Shown one piece after another: positions 1 through 10,079 of a stretch of DNA of 64,000 nucleotides (position 1 is its first letter; each line of letters begins with the position of its first letter). Position numbers and translations under genes: made by a program. Source of the DNA: Obrimoposthia wandeli. Its lineage: Eukaryota. The stretch spans positions 248,001 through 312,000 of the forward strand of contig CDROCS010003914.1 of the NCBI GenBank assembly GCA_977020255.1. Reading direction: 5' to 3'. Under the pieces are notes generated by a model. The model did not search any database, was not told where the DNA came from, and saw only the letters and a program-made list of their open reading frames with translations.

Positions 1-167
1 CATTCTGCTAGTGCAACGTTAGCTGGTATTAAATTGGCTCACATGATGAGAAAGAAAAAATTCAAGAACCCTGATCTTTCGGATTAACATCAATTTTTAG
101 AATTTGTTGCATAAATACGTCTAGAATTTAGTGCTTTTTGCTTAATTTAAAACTTTGCGACACAACC
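1..167 (+). mobile_element. IS6-family element, 3' remnant (transposase C-terminus pseudogene plus right inverted repeat)
   Basis: Frame 1 reads HSASATLAGIKLAHMMRKKKF, like the IS6 Tnp C-terminus, with an internal stop. Bases 151-167 (aactttgcgacacaacc) resemble the IS6-type terminal IR GGTTGTGTCGCAAAGTT. Confidence 0.7.
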
Positions 168-205
168 GGAGGGCTGTTAGTGCTTATAGGGTTCTGCAAA
201 TGACG

Positions 206-356
206 CAGACTGTGTGAAAACTCCCAAAAGTATCCAAAATACGCCTTTCTTATGTATGTTTTAAATTACCAGATTAACAAAATTAATAACTTAGATAGCA
301 CCTGTTTTCTTAGAAACGGGAAATTAACAGGTTGGTCTGAGTTCTCGCACAGCCTG
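206..356. mobile_element. 151-bp MITE with IS1182-type terminal inverted repeats (copy 1)
   Basis: Ends are cagactgtgtgaaaactc and gagttctcgcacagcctg, the same as the IS at 10419-12131. Near-TSD gacg/gaca. Same length as, and clearly similar to, the copy at 7700-7850. Confidence 0.85.
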
Positions 357-414
357 GACACAAAGCAGCCATTTTACTATGGAGGTTAACTACGAAAATA
401 ACAGCACTCTGTTT

Positions 415-960
415 TTAGCCCTTGCTAATTTTATTGTCAGGCATCAACTTGTTTATAACCTCATTGAAGTTATTACAAAATACTATTTTAGCATTATGTT
501 CCAAGGTAAAGTCTAGAACCCGAAGCATATTATCGTTATCAAATTTTTGATTCCACCAAAACATTTTCATAAATGAAGCAAAGGTTTCTTTACGGAATTG
601 ACCCTGAAAAAATTTACGTTTGAAGAAGCGTTTGAATATAAGCCATTGCCTAAGTAAAACGGATGGAGTTAGGATAACAATAATATCAGCATCACGAAAA
701 GAGTCGTCAAGCCATTTAAAATATACACCTTCAACTATCCAATTATCTTGAGACAATACTTGATTCAATTTTTCAGTCCTAGACTCTTCACTAGATCGAA
801 CATAAGTATTCTTGTCTTGATCCCAAAAAATTTTATCAAGATCGTAAGCATTTGTACTTGTTAATTCTTGAAGCTTAGTAGAGCTAAAAGTTTTACCACT
901 ACCAGGATCTCCAATGATGTGAATTTTACGATACTGCAAACGTGTACCCCATTGATTCAT
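415..960 (-). CDS. P-loop kinase, FlaR/topology-modulation protein (adenylate kinase-like) family
   Basis: KIHIIGDPGSGKT Walker A, DLDKIFW and WIVEGVY motifs typical of the family. Confidence 0.8.
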   Translation of the reverse strand: MNQWGTRLQYRKIHIIGDPGSGKTFSSTKLQELTSTNAYDLDKIFWDQDKNTYVRSSEESRTEKLNQVLSQDNWIVEGVYFKWLDDSFRDADIIVILTPSVLLRQWLIFKRFFKRKFFQGQFRKETFASFMKMFWWNQKFDNDNMLRVLDFTLEHNAKIVFCNNFNEVINKLMPDNKISKG

Positions 961-1351
961 AACTCTATAGTGTGGCAGTTTTACTAGAACCAGAGTGTGA
1001 AGCTACCTATATAGTCGGAGGAGGCTAAAATCATACTTTTGTAAGGAGTGGCTCTAGTTAAATAAGCTCATTTTAGACAGTATTGACACCAAGCAGACAT
1101 TTATTGGGGAGAATAACATCGCAGACTAATACCGCAAGGAGCAGAGGATATCATTACTAATTCGTAAGATAGTAACGTCTGGATCCCAATCTTGTTAGTA
1201 CTACCCCTGAGGTTGATTCGCAGTGCATTTAAAATACAGGCTAAAATATGATTTGAGCTCTTTTTTAGATGAATATTATTTACTATCAAAGCCACTAATA
1301 TCATAAAAGCAATTTTTACTTACTCCTTTAAATTTTTCTAGACACTCTTGA

Positions 1352-1797
1352 GTGCTGCCCCAGCCATTACTGCTATCACCACCATTAATTTCACATAAAT
1401 TGCTAACTGAATTTCTGAATGCGAATTTAGCTTCCACCGAAGATACAGAGGAAGAAGGTATAGATCATATTTACGCAACGGCTGTGGACATAGCGGCACA
1501 AGATCATGGTGATACCATTTCACTGGAGAATAAAGTAACCCTTTCTATTGCTATACGGCTCAAAGCTGAAGAGTTTATGTGGCGATACGTTGCTGATAGT
1601 AGTGAAATTGGAGGGAGCCAAACAGGTAGACTTTTGATCGTTTATGCAAGGAGAATTCAGACCTTAATAATGCCTTTGCTCCTATACGCAAAGTGCTAAG
1701 TCAGGTGTCTTTGATGACATTAGAAAATATTCATCTTAATTCGTTTATGTATGAGCCTTTAATGGATATGTCCATCTATCATTTAAGCGGCACATAG
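1352..1797 (+). pseudogene. C-terminal fragment of an AAA/ABC-type ATPase-like protein of the kind found near restriction-modification loci
   Basis: LENKVTLSIAIRLKAEEFM, then after a frameshift MTLENIHLNSFMYEPLMDMS ending at TAG 1795-1797. Recalled as a conserved C-terminal signature of that family. The N-terminus is missing. Confidence 0.45.
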
Positions 1798-1799
1798 CG

Positions 1800-1915
1800 C
1801 GTCGTAAAGACTGTATTATTTGGCGCACTCAAGGGGCTGGCAAAAGCTTAACTATGGTGTGACTGGCTAAATGGATTCGTGAGCATATTAAAAATGCGGG
1901 TGTAATTGTTGTTGA
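1800..1915 (+). pseudogene. hsdR: Type I restriction endonuclease subunit R (HsdR) fragment around helicase motif I
   Basis: Translates as RRKDCIIWRTQGAGKSLTMV*LAKWIREHIKNAGVIVV, matching the HsdR IWHTQGSGKSLTMVWLAKWIRE signature with an in-frame stop. Confidence 0.75.
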
Positions 1916-1999
1916 TTTTATCATAGATGATAATTTTATTGTGACCGTTAATTCAAAGTCATCGCTTATTGGAGACTATGCCATTTGTAGCGCCAGGAA

Positions 2000-2290
2000 T
2001 TAATCACTAGTGGATATGAATCTCCCTACTTAGCTTCAAGTTCATCAAGCGCTAACTCGGCTGCTTCCTTTGTGGCTGCGCGGTAAACAGTTTTTAAATC
2101 GGCCATAAATTCTTTTTGATTCTTTGAAGCCACATACTTCATTGAATTACGTATTTGATGAACAATGCACAGTTGCGCTTCCGTTTCAGGAAAAATGGCA
2201 GCGATTGCTTCAGGAAAGCCTGTCAGATCATCAATACAGGCAATGAGGATATCTTTAGCCCCACGGTTTTTATAAGTCAGTAAGCACGGT
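2000..2290 (-). pseudogene. IS256-family (Mutator) transposase internal fragment
   Basis: NRGAKDILIACIDDLTGFPEAIAAIFPETEAQLCIVHQIRNSMKYVASKNQKEFMADLKTVYRAATKEAAELALDELEAK*GDSYPLVI, a classic IS256 segment with a stop. Confidence 0.85.
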
Positions 2291-2560
2291 TAATTGCGTT
2301 TTTCAATCCTGGATCAATTCCCGAAATATTTTCCATAATATATAACTCTCCAGATATTATATATTATTATACAGTAAAATATAAATTAAATACATAAACA
2401 TAATTTTTTAGTTGTTACTCATAGGCTGAATTGTTAACTGCATTCTTCTTTAAAATTAAAAATATCTTGAAAATTATATAATATTTATATGATTAAATAC
2501 TTCGTTGTTTTTTACATTTACAAGCTAAGTTCTAAAGCAAGTTGAAATGACTCGATAAAC

Positions 2561-2589
2561 TTGACAATATTTACTTTTTTAAATATATT
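2561..2589 (+). promoter_or_regulatory. Near-consensus sigma70 promoter upstream of the rep-like gene
   Basis: TTGACA (2561-2566), 17-bp spacer, TATATT (2584-2589). Confidence 0.6.
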
Positions 2590-2657
2590 CTAATAAAAAC
2601 AGTGGTTTAATTGTGATTTATAATTGGCTAATTAATTCCCAAAATAGAGAGTTTTTA

Positions 2658-2714
2658 AGGGTCAGCTTTTCGAAACCTCCTTATATATATATTATTTATT
2701 TAAAAGCTGTCCCT
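2658..2714. repeat. 13-bp inverted repeat enclosing an AT-rich spacer (candidate origin or leader hairpin)
   Basis: agggtcagctttt (2658-2670) and aaaagctgtccct (2702-2714), one mismatch, around cgaaacctccttatatatatattatttattt. Confidence 0.7.
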
Positions 2715-2961
2715 AAATTTATTTTTATTTACCGCTTCGCGAAAAAAACAAACCCATTCCTCATTGCACTGCTAAATATAATGGATAAATTTAATTAACT
2801 TTTACATAAAAAAGATAAGTAATAAAAGTTAATTGAAACTAAAAATAATTTATTTACTTAAAAGTATGGAGCATAAGTTAAAAATGTATTACTATTAATG
2901 TACGTTAAAATAATGACCACTTTTAATGCTTAATCTACTACTTAAAAACAAAGAGAATATT

Positions 2962-5574
2962 ATGAAAACTACTAATAAGAGTGCTGCTAGAGCACCAAGA
3001 ATCTACATTACTAAAAGCGAAGAATTTAAAGAAAATGTTGAAGATTTAGTTATTGTTACTAAGTTCACAGAATTTGAAATTGAAAAACAGATTAATAGCA
3101 ATATTAAGAAATCTACTATAATTTTAGTTACTAGTAAAAACGATGCGTACAGAGATTCTTTTATTGCACGAAATTTTAAAATTAAAATGCAACTAGAAGA
3201 TGTTGTACATAACTACGCTAGCTTAAGTAAATTAGCAGTAAGCATAGCGCAAGCATCATTTATACAAGGCGAAATAAGTTTAGATAAGTCTTTTAACTTC
3301 ATTGTTAACACTCTTATAGATCAAATTCCTTCAAAAATTATTCTTGCAAATGCGGTTGAAATATTTAAAACATTTAGCACTGATACTAGTAAATATGAAA
3401 ACGAATTAAAGATAAAAATTGAAGAACGAAATATAAAGATCATAAATTCAGTGTCAGTTGATCCAAATAATCCAAACGCCGAATTTTTGGAGATGGATCA
3501 TGGACCAGAATTAGTAAATCACATGCTTAAAAGACCAGGTAATTACGCATTAACTGGAGGTTTGGGTACATTTAAAACAACTAATGCAATACTTCCTCTT
3601 TTTGAAAAGTTGTGTGGAAAAAGCAAGTTTCCGATTTTATGTACTGCTAAAAAAATATTGGTATCATCTCTTATTTCCGACAAAGACAGTCGACATTACC
3701 AGAATGCAAAGTATATTTTAGGTGAAAATAACTCAGTAAATATGCCAATCTCTGGCACGGTTGGTGTAGTAAACTCCATTTTTGGTGGTGATAAATACAA
3801 TTTTGGCGACTTCAACAAGGCAAGTAGTGCATTACTAGTAGAAGAAATTGAGGATGTGTTGGCGCAGATGTCAAGTAAGGCGGTTGGAAATGGCACACTT
3901 GATGAGCGTGCAGAGCTAATCGAAAATTTTTATAAACAAATGCAAAAATCAGAATTAAACGTAATTGCAGATAGCATGCTTAGTAATGCTACAGTTAATA
4001 AAATCGCAGAAATTACGGGCAAAAAAGTAATTATATGCAAACCAAAAAATGCAAAGAAAAATGACTTAACTGTTAATTATTTTCAATCCGAAAGTCAATC
4101 TGTCGATTCTACAATCCAAGCTTTAGAAGCAGATAAAAAAGTAGCCAGCTTTTGCGATGCTAGCCATAACGAAAACAGATCAAGATTTAATGAGTTGCAC
4201 GAAGCAGTATCAATGAATCTAGAAAATAGCTTAAAAATAGATGGAGAACTAACAGGAAAGGGTGGTTCAGGCGGATTTATTGATAATATAGATGCAGAAC
4301 TTAATAAATATCAACACGTAATGATCAGTCCTGTAATCAGTTCAGGCGTAAGTATTATGACTGATGAATACAGTAAAGTGTCACTTTTGGGTTACCAAAC
4401 TTTTGATCCAAAACAGCTTATACAAAGCATTAGAAGATTCAGAAAAGTCATAGACATCGATTTATGTATCACTAACACAAACCGAAAATTCCCTACATCT
4501 ACATCAGCGATTTTAGTTAACGAGCTAATGACAGAGCTAACAGATACTGAATTTACTGATGAAACATTCAATGAATTTTTTGGCAACAAAGCTATAAAAA
4601 CAGTAACAACCCAAATTGCACAACAAAACGAACTTAGACAAAACTACATAAACACTGTTTTAGTCATTCTTGAATTTTTAGGCTTTAAGATTAATTTAGT
4701 AAAAGAAGATATGAAAGCAAAGAAAAGAGGTGCTAAAGCAATTAAAGATGGTATGTGTGCAGCACGTGGCGAGCGTGCCAATAAAATTATATCATTGAAA
4801 AAAATAGCAAATGATGAAGCTAACAGAATAAGTAGCAATAAAGATTTTTCAACGCAACACGAAAAAAACAGCTTAGCTGCTTATAAAATGTACGATTTTT
4901 ATAAAGTAGATAAAATCGATCAGGAATTAATTGAATTTGATAGTGCAGGAAACGGCAAGATAATCATAGATAATATTCGTTATGCAAAAACCGATATCCC
5001 AAATTCTATAAAAAACGATGAGCTAATTAAGCGACATACAATAAAAAAAGTGTGTGAAATGTTAAACATTAACACTGATAAAATGAATGGAGAATTTTTT
5101 GAAAGTGATAGTAAAGAATTTTTCAATTGGGTAACGACAGGAAATTTAGAAATTGAAGGTTTAAAAAACATTACTGCAAAAACAGCAATAGAAATCACTT
5201 TTCCATTTGCAAGTATTAGCACACAGCCTGCACGTGTTGTTAAATCAATCTTAAGGAGTGGTTTTTATCTCGACACAAAACAAGAATGCAAAGAAAAAAA
5301 AGACATTGTATCGGCATGCGAGAAAAAATATTTTGTAGTGAAAAGCGAGAAGTTTGATATTGCTATAAGCTACTACAATGCAATAATTGAAAAAACTGCT
5401 AAAGCTACTACTATTATTACTAAGTGCAGCAACAAAAAAACCAAGGCTGAATTCCTGAACACAATAAATAACAAAAACAAGATAAGACTTGGTAAACCAG
5501 TTAAGCCAAAGAGCAAGAAGAAAAAGAAAGAATTGAAATTAAAAAACGGAGTGCCGCTTTTAGTAATTACTTAA
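2962..5574 (+). CDS. Putative replication protein, UL9-like/CyRepA1-family SF2 helicase domain (ORF open from 2926)
   Basis: Ordered SF2-like motifs: GGLGTFKTT (I), LLVEEIEDVL (II), VIADSML (III), SPVISSGVSI (V), QSIRRFR (VI). Basic C-terminal tail. Followed by a terminator. Confidence 0.6.
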   Translation: MKTTNKSAARAPRIYITKSEEFKENVEDLVIVTKFTEFEIEKQINSNIKKSTIILVTSKNDAYRDSFIARNFKIKMQLEDVVHNYASLSKLAVSIAQASFIQGEISLDKSFNFIVNTLIDQIPSKIILANAVEIFKTFSTDTSKYENELKIKIEERNIKIINSVSVDPNNPNAEFLEMDHGPELVNHMLKRPGNYALTGGLGTFKTTNAILPLFEKLCGKSKFPILCTAKKILVSSLISDKDSRHYQNAKYILGENNSVNMPISGTVGVVNSIFGGDKYNFGDFNKASSALLVEEIEDVLAQMSSKAVGNGTLDERAELIENFYKQMQKSELNVIADSMLSNATVNKIAEITGKKVIICKPKNAKKNDLTVNYFQSESQSVDSTIQALEADKKVASFCDASHNENRSRFNELHEAVSMNLENSLKIDGELTGKGGSGGFIDNIDAELNKYQHVMISPVISSGVSIMTDEYSKVSLLGYQTFDPKQLIQSIRRFRKVIDIDLCITNTNRKFPTSTSAILVNELMTELTDTEFTDETFNEFFGNKAIKTVTTQIAQQNELRQNYINTVLVILEFLGFKINLVKEDMKAKKRGAKAIKDGMCAARGERANKIISLKKIANDEANRISSNKDFSTQHEKNSLAAYKMYDFYKVDKIDQELIEFDSAGNGKIIIDNIRYAKTDIPNSIKNDELIKRHTIKKVCEMLNINTDKMNGEFFESDSKEFFNWVTTGNLEIEGLKNITAKTAIEITFPFASISTQPARVVKSILRSGFYLDTKQECKEKKDIVSACEKKYFVVKSEKFDIAISYYNAIIEKTAKATTIITKCSNKKTKAEFLNTINNKNKIRLGKPVKPKSKKKKKELKLKNGVPLLVIT

Positions 5575-5675
5575 TAGTAGCAGACAAAAATTCAGAAGAT
5601 CGCTTATACAACAGCTTAATCAATTTATCAAAGAACCAAATTAGCAATGAATGTAGAGTGTAAACTATAGACGAT

Positions 5676-5706
5676 AAAAAGCCCGCTTGTATAAAGCAGG
5701 CTTTTT
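5676..5706 (+). terminator. Intrinsic terminator after the rep-like gene
   Basis: aaaaagcccgctt-gtata-aagcaggcttttt hairpin with A and T tracts. Confidence 0.75.
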
Positions 5707-5827
5707 GTGTGGCTACCAAACCACTAACAAAGATTATGTAGGTGACCAAACCTACTTATAAAATTATAGTATATAACTGCTTAATTTGCAACCAAAAAAC
5801 CAAATTTCACACCAGATTCCACACTTA

Positions 5828-5874
5828 ATTACCTATCTAATAATATAAAAATTCAATATTTGTTGGTTGCAATA
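5828..5874 (+). repeat. 47-bp direct repeat, copy 1
   Basis: attacctatctaataatataaaaattcaatatttgttggttgcaata. Differs from 12311-12358 by two substitutions and one indel. Confidence 0.9.
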
Positions 5875-6186
5875 TCTGATGACATAAGTGAACAGAAAGA
5901 AAGGGAGCGGAGAATTGGCTGGCTTGGAGTGTTGATATTGGCTGGAGGTTTCTTTTTTCAGTTAATTCAAACTATCTTCTCCTTATAGATTGATCATCAC
6001 CATTACAAATGACCCAGTTTTATTTTTTAATTTTGTCCGTATAAAAATGTAACTAGGTGTCAGTGTCCGCTTTTACTATAAGCTACAGGGATCTAATACC
6101 CCATACCCTCACGCATATCAATTTGGTGTGGGTACATGATTATAGCTTAGTTTGTAAACCAAATTTGAAACTTGCGACACAGTCTC

Positions 6187-6513
6187 TTATCTTGTTTGAG
6201 CCTGCTGAAGAGGGCTAAGCACTTCTATCTCAATACTATCTGCTTGTATCAGCGATACTAGTTTATTAAAACTGTCTTTCTCTGCCACTAAGTGATTGGA
6301 ATCATGTGCTTGTTGTTCGGTTTTCCAATAATAAATGGCAAGCCATTCATTATTTCCTCGTTGGTATAGTGTTTGCTCAATAAAGCCAGGGAGGTTTTTT
6401 ACGTCATTACTTAGTGTCGTCATCGCTTGTATCATTTGCTGTTTATCCACCCCTTTATTGGCTGTCCAGCGAACGGTTTCATATACGGGTTGATTGATGG
6501 TTGAGTCTGACAT
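6187..6513 (-). CDS. Antibiotic-biosynthesis-monooxygenase-like (dimeric alpha-beta barrel) protein
   Basis: 108 aa with the LPGFIEQTLYQ..WLAIYYWKTEQQA pattern. Divergent from the LysR gene. Confidence 0.6.
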   Translation of the reverse strand: MSDSTINQPVYETVRWTANKGVDKQQMIQAMTTLSNDVKNLPGFIEQTLYQRGNNEWLAIYYWKTEQQAHDSNHLVAEKDSFNKLVSLIQADSIEIEVLSPLQQAQTR

Positions 6514-6618
6514 TATTTCTTCCTATTGTTTGTAGAGGATGTTTTAGATAATAACGGATTCATAAACGTTGATAATGCTATAAAATGTAAGATCACTCTT
6601 TCTCTGTGGGAATGAATC

Positions 6619-7506
6619 ATGGTTGTTTTTGATGATGCAACATTGTTTAAGCGTATTGTTGATTTAGGCTCATTGGCTAAGGCCGCTGAGAGTTTAGATA
6701 TAAGTGCATCGGCGGTAAGTAAGCATTTGGTTAGGCTAGAAAAAGCATTGAATGTGCAGTTGTTGAAGCGCACTACTCGGCGTCAACACCTTACTGAGGC
6801 TGGCCTGATCTTTTATCAGCGCCTCCACACGATAGAAGGTGATTGGTTAAGCAGTCTTGATGAAGTAAGAAATGTGCATGCGCAGCCAAAAGGACAATTA
6901 ACAATAGCCACACCGCAACCCATTGCGAGCCGTTTTTTAATGCCCTTGCTAGCAGCATTTCAGCATCGTTACCCTAAGATACAATTAACTATATTAAATC
7001 GAGCACTCGAATCTTTGCCATGTTCCGAAGCTGATATTTCCATTAGCCGCGAGCTAGAAAATTACCACTCGGCCATAATGGTGGCAGTACCATTTTACGA
7101 CTATCACAATAGTTTATTTGCCTCTCCCGAATTTATTCAAATCCACGGTCAGTTACAAAATATAGAAGACTTATCACGTATGCCCTGTGTAACCTATGGT
7201 GCTTTGGGTCATAATCCGATATGGCATTTTTATAAAGATATGGAGCAGGTGGCCTCTGTTACTCCTCAAATAATGTGTAAAGCGGATAATACAGAAGTGC
7301 TAATCAATGCCGCCGTTAATCATATCGGTATTACCTATCTGCCAGCAGCAATCGTAGAGCAAGAAGTAATCAGCAAGAGATTGGTTGCTGTGTTGCCTGA
7401 GTTCCACAGCCAAACCTATAAAACAGTGGCTTATTATCCTAAAATGGAATTTATGCCACGTAAAATACGATTATTTTTGGATATGCTAAAAACCTTTTAT
7501 CGATAA
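6619..7506 (+). CDS. LysR-family transcriptional regulator
   Basis: N-terminal HTH (GSLAKAAESLDISASAVSKHLVRLEKALNVQLLKRTTR) and a substrate-binding domain; 295 aa. Confidence 0.92.
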   Translation: MVVFDDATLFKRIVDLGSLAKAAESLDISASAVSKHLVRLEKALNVQLLKRTTRRQHLTEAGLIFYQRLHTIEGDWLSSLDEVRNVHAQPKGQLTIATPQPIASRFLMPLLAAFQHRYPKIQLTILNRALESLPCSEADISISRELENYHSAIMVAVPFYDYHNSLFASPEFIQIHGQLQNIEDLSRMPCVTYGALGHNPIWHFYKDMEQVASVTPQIMCKADNTEVLINAAVNHIGITYLPAAIVEQEVISKRLVAVLPEFHSQTYKTVAYYPKMEFMPRKIRLFLDMLKTFYR

Positions 7507-7699
7507 GGAGTTTCTTACGGGAAATCTAAAATTGATGATAGTAAAAAACGTTAGTATTGTTCAGTTTGTATTTTCTAGTCAATCTGAATAAAGCATACGC
7601 TTCTAAATTAAAACGTGTGCTTTTTAAAACACGTAAACTATGAGCCATATCGTTAAAATTTGTTCAAAACAAGCTCTAACGAAACGTCTGCTTTGTGTC

Positions 7700-7850
7700 C
7701 AGACTGTGTGAAAACTCACTAAAGTATGTAAATTACACTTTTTTCGCATATCTTTTAAATTATCAGGTTAATAAAATCAGTAACTTACATCGCACTTGTT
7801 TTCTTAGAAGCGGGAAATCAAAGATTTGATCTGAGTTTTAACACAGCCTG
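7700..7850. mobile_element. 151-bp MITE with IS1182-type TIRs (copy 2), 4-bp TSD TGTC
   Basis: cagactgtgtgaaaactc ... gagttttaacacagcctg, flanked by tgtc on both sides. Confidence 0.88.
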
Positions 7851-8023
7851 TGTCAATTCCTGCCTTTATCTCTATGAAGTAATAGAGGCGGGAAACGGGC
7901 AAAGGACTAAACCGCTAGCGCGGTAATGGTGCCAGCTTCAACTCTTTTATATTACCCAAGCTTATTAATAATCTCTTATCCTAGAACAGGGCAACATGAC
8001 CCTCTAAGATAGGAGTACCTAGC

Positions 8024-8900
8024 ATGAGTATCTCAACTGAACTCATTAGTCCACTGCGCCAGCGCATGATCGATGACATGATGATGCGTAAACTCGCAGC
8101 AAAAACACAACGCGCTTATATCTGCGCCGTCCTTAAACTCACCCATTTCTTAAAGCATTCTCCCGCGACAGCAACAGCAGAAGAACTACGGCTATTTCAG
8201 TTACAGCTTGTCGGCCAAGGTGCCTCAGCAATCACCATTAATGCCACTATCACAGGCTTGAAATTCCTGTTTGAAGTGACCTTACGAAGATAATATGCTG
8301 GCAAAGATGAGCACGATCACTGTCCCTAGGCATCTGCCTGAAGTACTAAAGTATCGATGGTAGCACGTTTCTGAAAGCGTAATAAAGAGCCTAAATACCG
8401 TGCTGCGCTGGCATCGCCTATGGTTCTGGGCTGCGTGTAAGTGAGATTGTAGTCCTTAAAATCAGTGATATTGACAGCCAGCGGATGGTCATCCGCGTCA
8501 ATCAGGGCAAAGGACACAAAGACAGGTACGCATTACTCTCTCCATTGTTGCTGCATCAGCTACGAGATTGGTGGAGCTTTGCTCATTCAAAGGGAAGAAT
8601 CTTGCATAATGGTTGGTTATTTCCAAGGGCTAATTTTACTGATCACTTATCCACTCGACAGTTAAGCCGAGTGTGCAGAACGACTGCCGATGCTGCTGGT
8701 ATCAGTAAACGTGTTTCGATGCATACTTTAAGGCATAGCTTTGCGACGCATTTACTCGAAGCTAAAGTCGGTATTCGGGTGATTCAAGTATTACTAGGGC
8801 ATAAAAAACTGGAGACGACAGCGTTGGCACAGAAGTAGCAACACCACAACTGCTTAGTGAAATGCCGTAGCCGCAGAATGCTCTAGAATTGTCAACGTGA
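8024..8900 (+). pseudogene. Tyrosine recombinase (phage integrase SAM4 N-domain plus catalytic domain), broken by stop and frameshifts
   Basis: SPLRQRMIDDMMMRKLAAKTQRAYI (8024-8293). GLRVSE-like segment near 8430. VNQGKGHKDRY and HTLRHSFATHLLE..IQVLLGHKKLETT (8485-8838). Confidence 0.85.
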
Positions 8901-8910
8901 TACTGATGTT

Positions 8911-10079
8911 ATGTCTAACACTCACTTAGAAATGGCAGATATTTTTCGCCTCTACGGTAAAACTTGGCGTACAGCACATGCAAGGCATATTTCATTGGCT
9001 CAACTAAAAGTGATGTCAGCGATAGAGAACTGCCGCACTCAAGCTTTGGGTGGCCATCTGTTGTGTTGTGAATCCTGTCACCGCAAGCATATCTCTTACA
9101 ATTCTTGTCGCAACCGCCACTGTCCTAAATGTCAGGCAAGCTCTGCCAAACGTTGGTTGGAGGCTCGACAAGTTGAGTTATTGCCCGTTGATTATTATCA
9201 CTTGGTGTTCACGCTTCCCCAGCCCCTGAGTAATCTTGCCTATTACAATAAAACGTTGATGTACGGTTTGTTATTGCAGGCCGCTGCTGAAACATTACTG
9301 ACGATTGGCGCGGACCCAAAGCGCTTAGGCGCTCGCCTTGCGGTTACCTTTGTATTGCATACTTGGGGATCAGCTTTGACTCATCACCCACATGTGCACG
9401 GCATTGTTCCTGGTGGAGGTCTTTCTTTGGATGGTGAGCGTTGGATTCAGTGCCGCTCGGGGTATTTCTTACCTGTGCGGGTGCTATCGCGATTATTCAG
9501 GCGCCTATATTTACAGAAGCTTAGCCAATCACATGCACGATTGCAGTTTTTCGGGGAGTACTCAGCCCTGTGTGAAGAAGAAGCTTTTCACAAATGGCTG
9601 AATCCCTTAAAGCGTATTGAATGGGTAGTCTACGCCAAGAAACCTTTTGCGGGTCCCAAGGCAGTACTGGCTTATTTAGCACGCTATACTCATCGCGTTG
9701 CCATTGCTAATAGTCGCTTGGTGTCTGCTGATGCAGAAACGGTTAGCTTTCGCTGGAAAGATTACCGACTGAAAGGGATACAACGCTATCAGGTTATGAG
9801 CCTCGCGACAGGTCAGTTTATTCAGCGCTTCTTATTGCATGTATTACCCCGAGGCTTTCATCGCATTCGCCACTACGGTTTTATTGCCAATGTCGGGCAG
9901 CGAAAATTTAACCCGTGCGTGAGTTGTGCTGTCAAAGAAGAAATATTAAGATCAATATTGCCGTTATCTAAGGAAATAATGGAACATATGGCAGTTTTTA
10001 CTGCCCAGATTGTGGTAATCCAATGATTGTCCTTGAAGTATTAATGCGTAAGCAGCAACCGCGGGCTTCGCCTGTTTAG
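8911..10079 (+). pseudogene. IS91-family (HUH/Y2 rolling-circle) transposase with a frameshifted C-terminus
   Basis: Zn-binding CRTQALGGH..CESC..YNSCRNRHCPKCQ, HUH motif LHTWGSALTHHPHVH, and YLARYTHRVAI. The C-terminal CPDCGNPM..QPRASP lies in another frame ending at 10079. Confidence 0.88.

Noticed and set aside
1101-1304. 67-aa minus-strand ORF
   Set aside because: No recognisable motif. An alternative frame looks like a stop-riddled remnant, so no product can be supported.
5828-5874. 47-bp repeat as a dif/pdif (XerCD) site
   Set aside because: No TTATGTTAAAT-like XerD arm or 11-6-11 layout on either strand.
6168-6185. aaacttgcgacacagtct, resembling an IS6- or IS1182-type end
   Set aside because: No partner repeat or transposase nearby and the family is ambiguous; at most an orphan end.
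8569-8576. TGGTGGAG matching the ssrA 3' end (possible att duplication)
   Set aside because: Only 8 bp and inside the integrase coding sequence (DWWS); consistent with chance.
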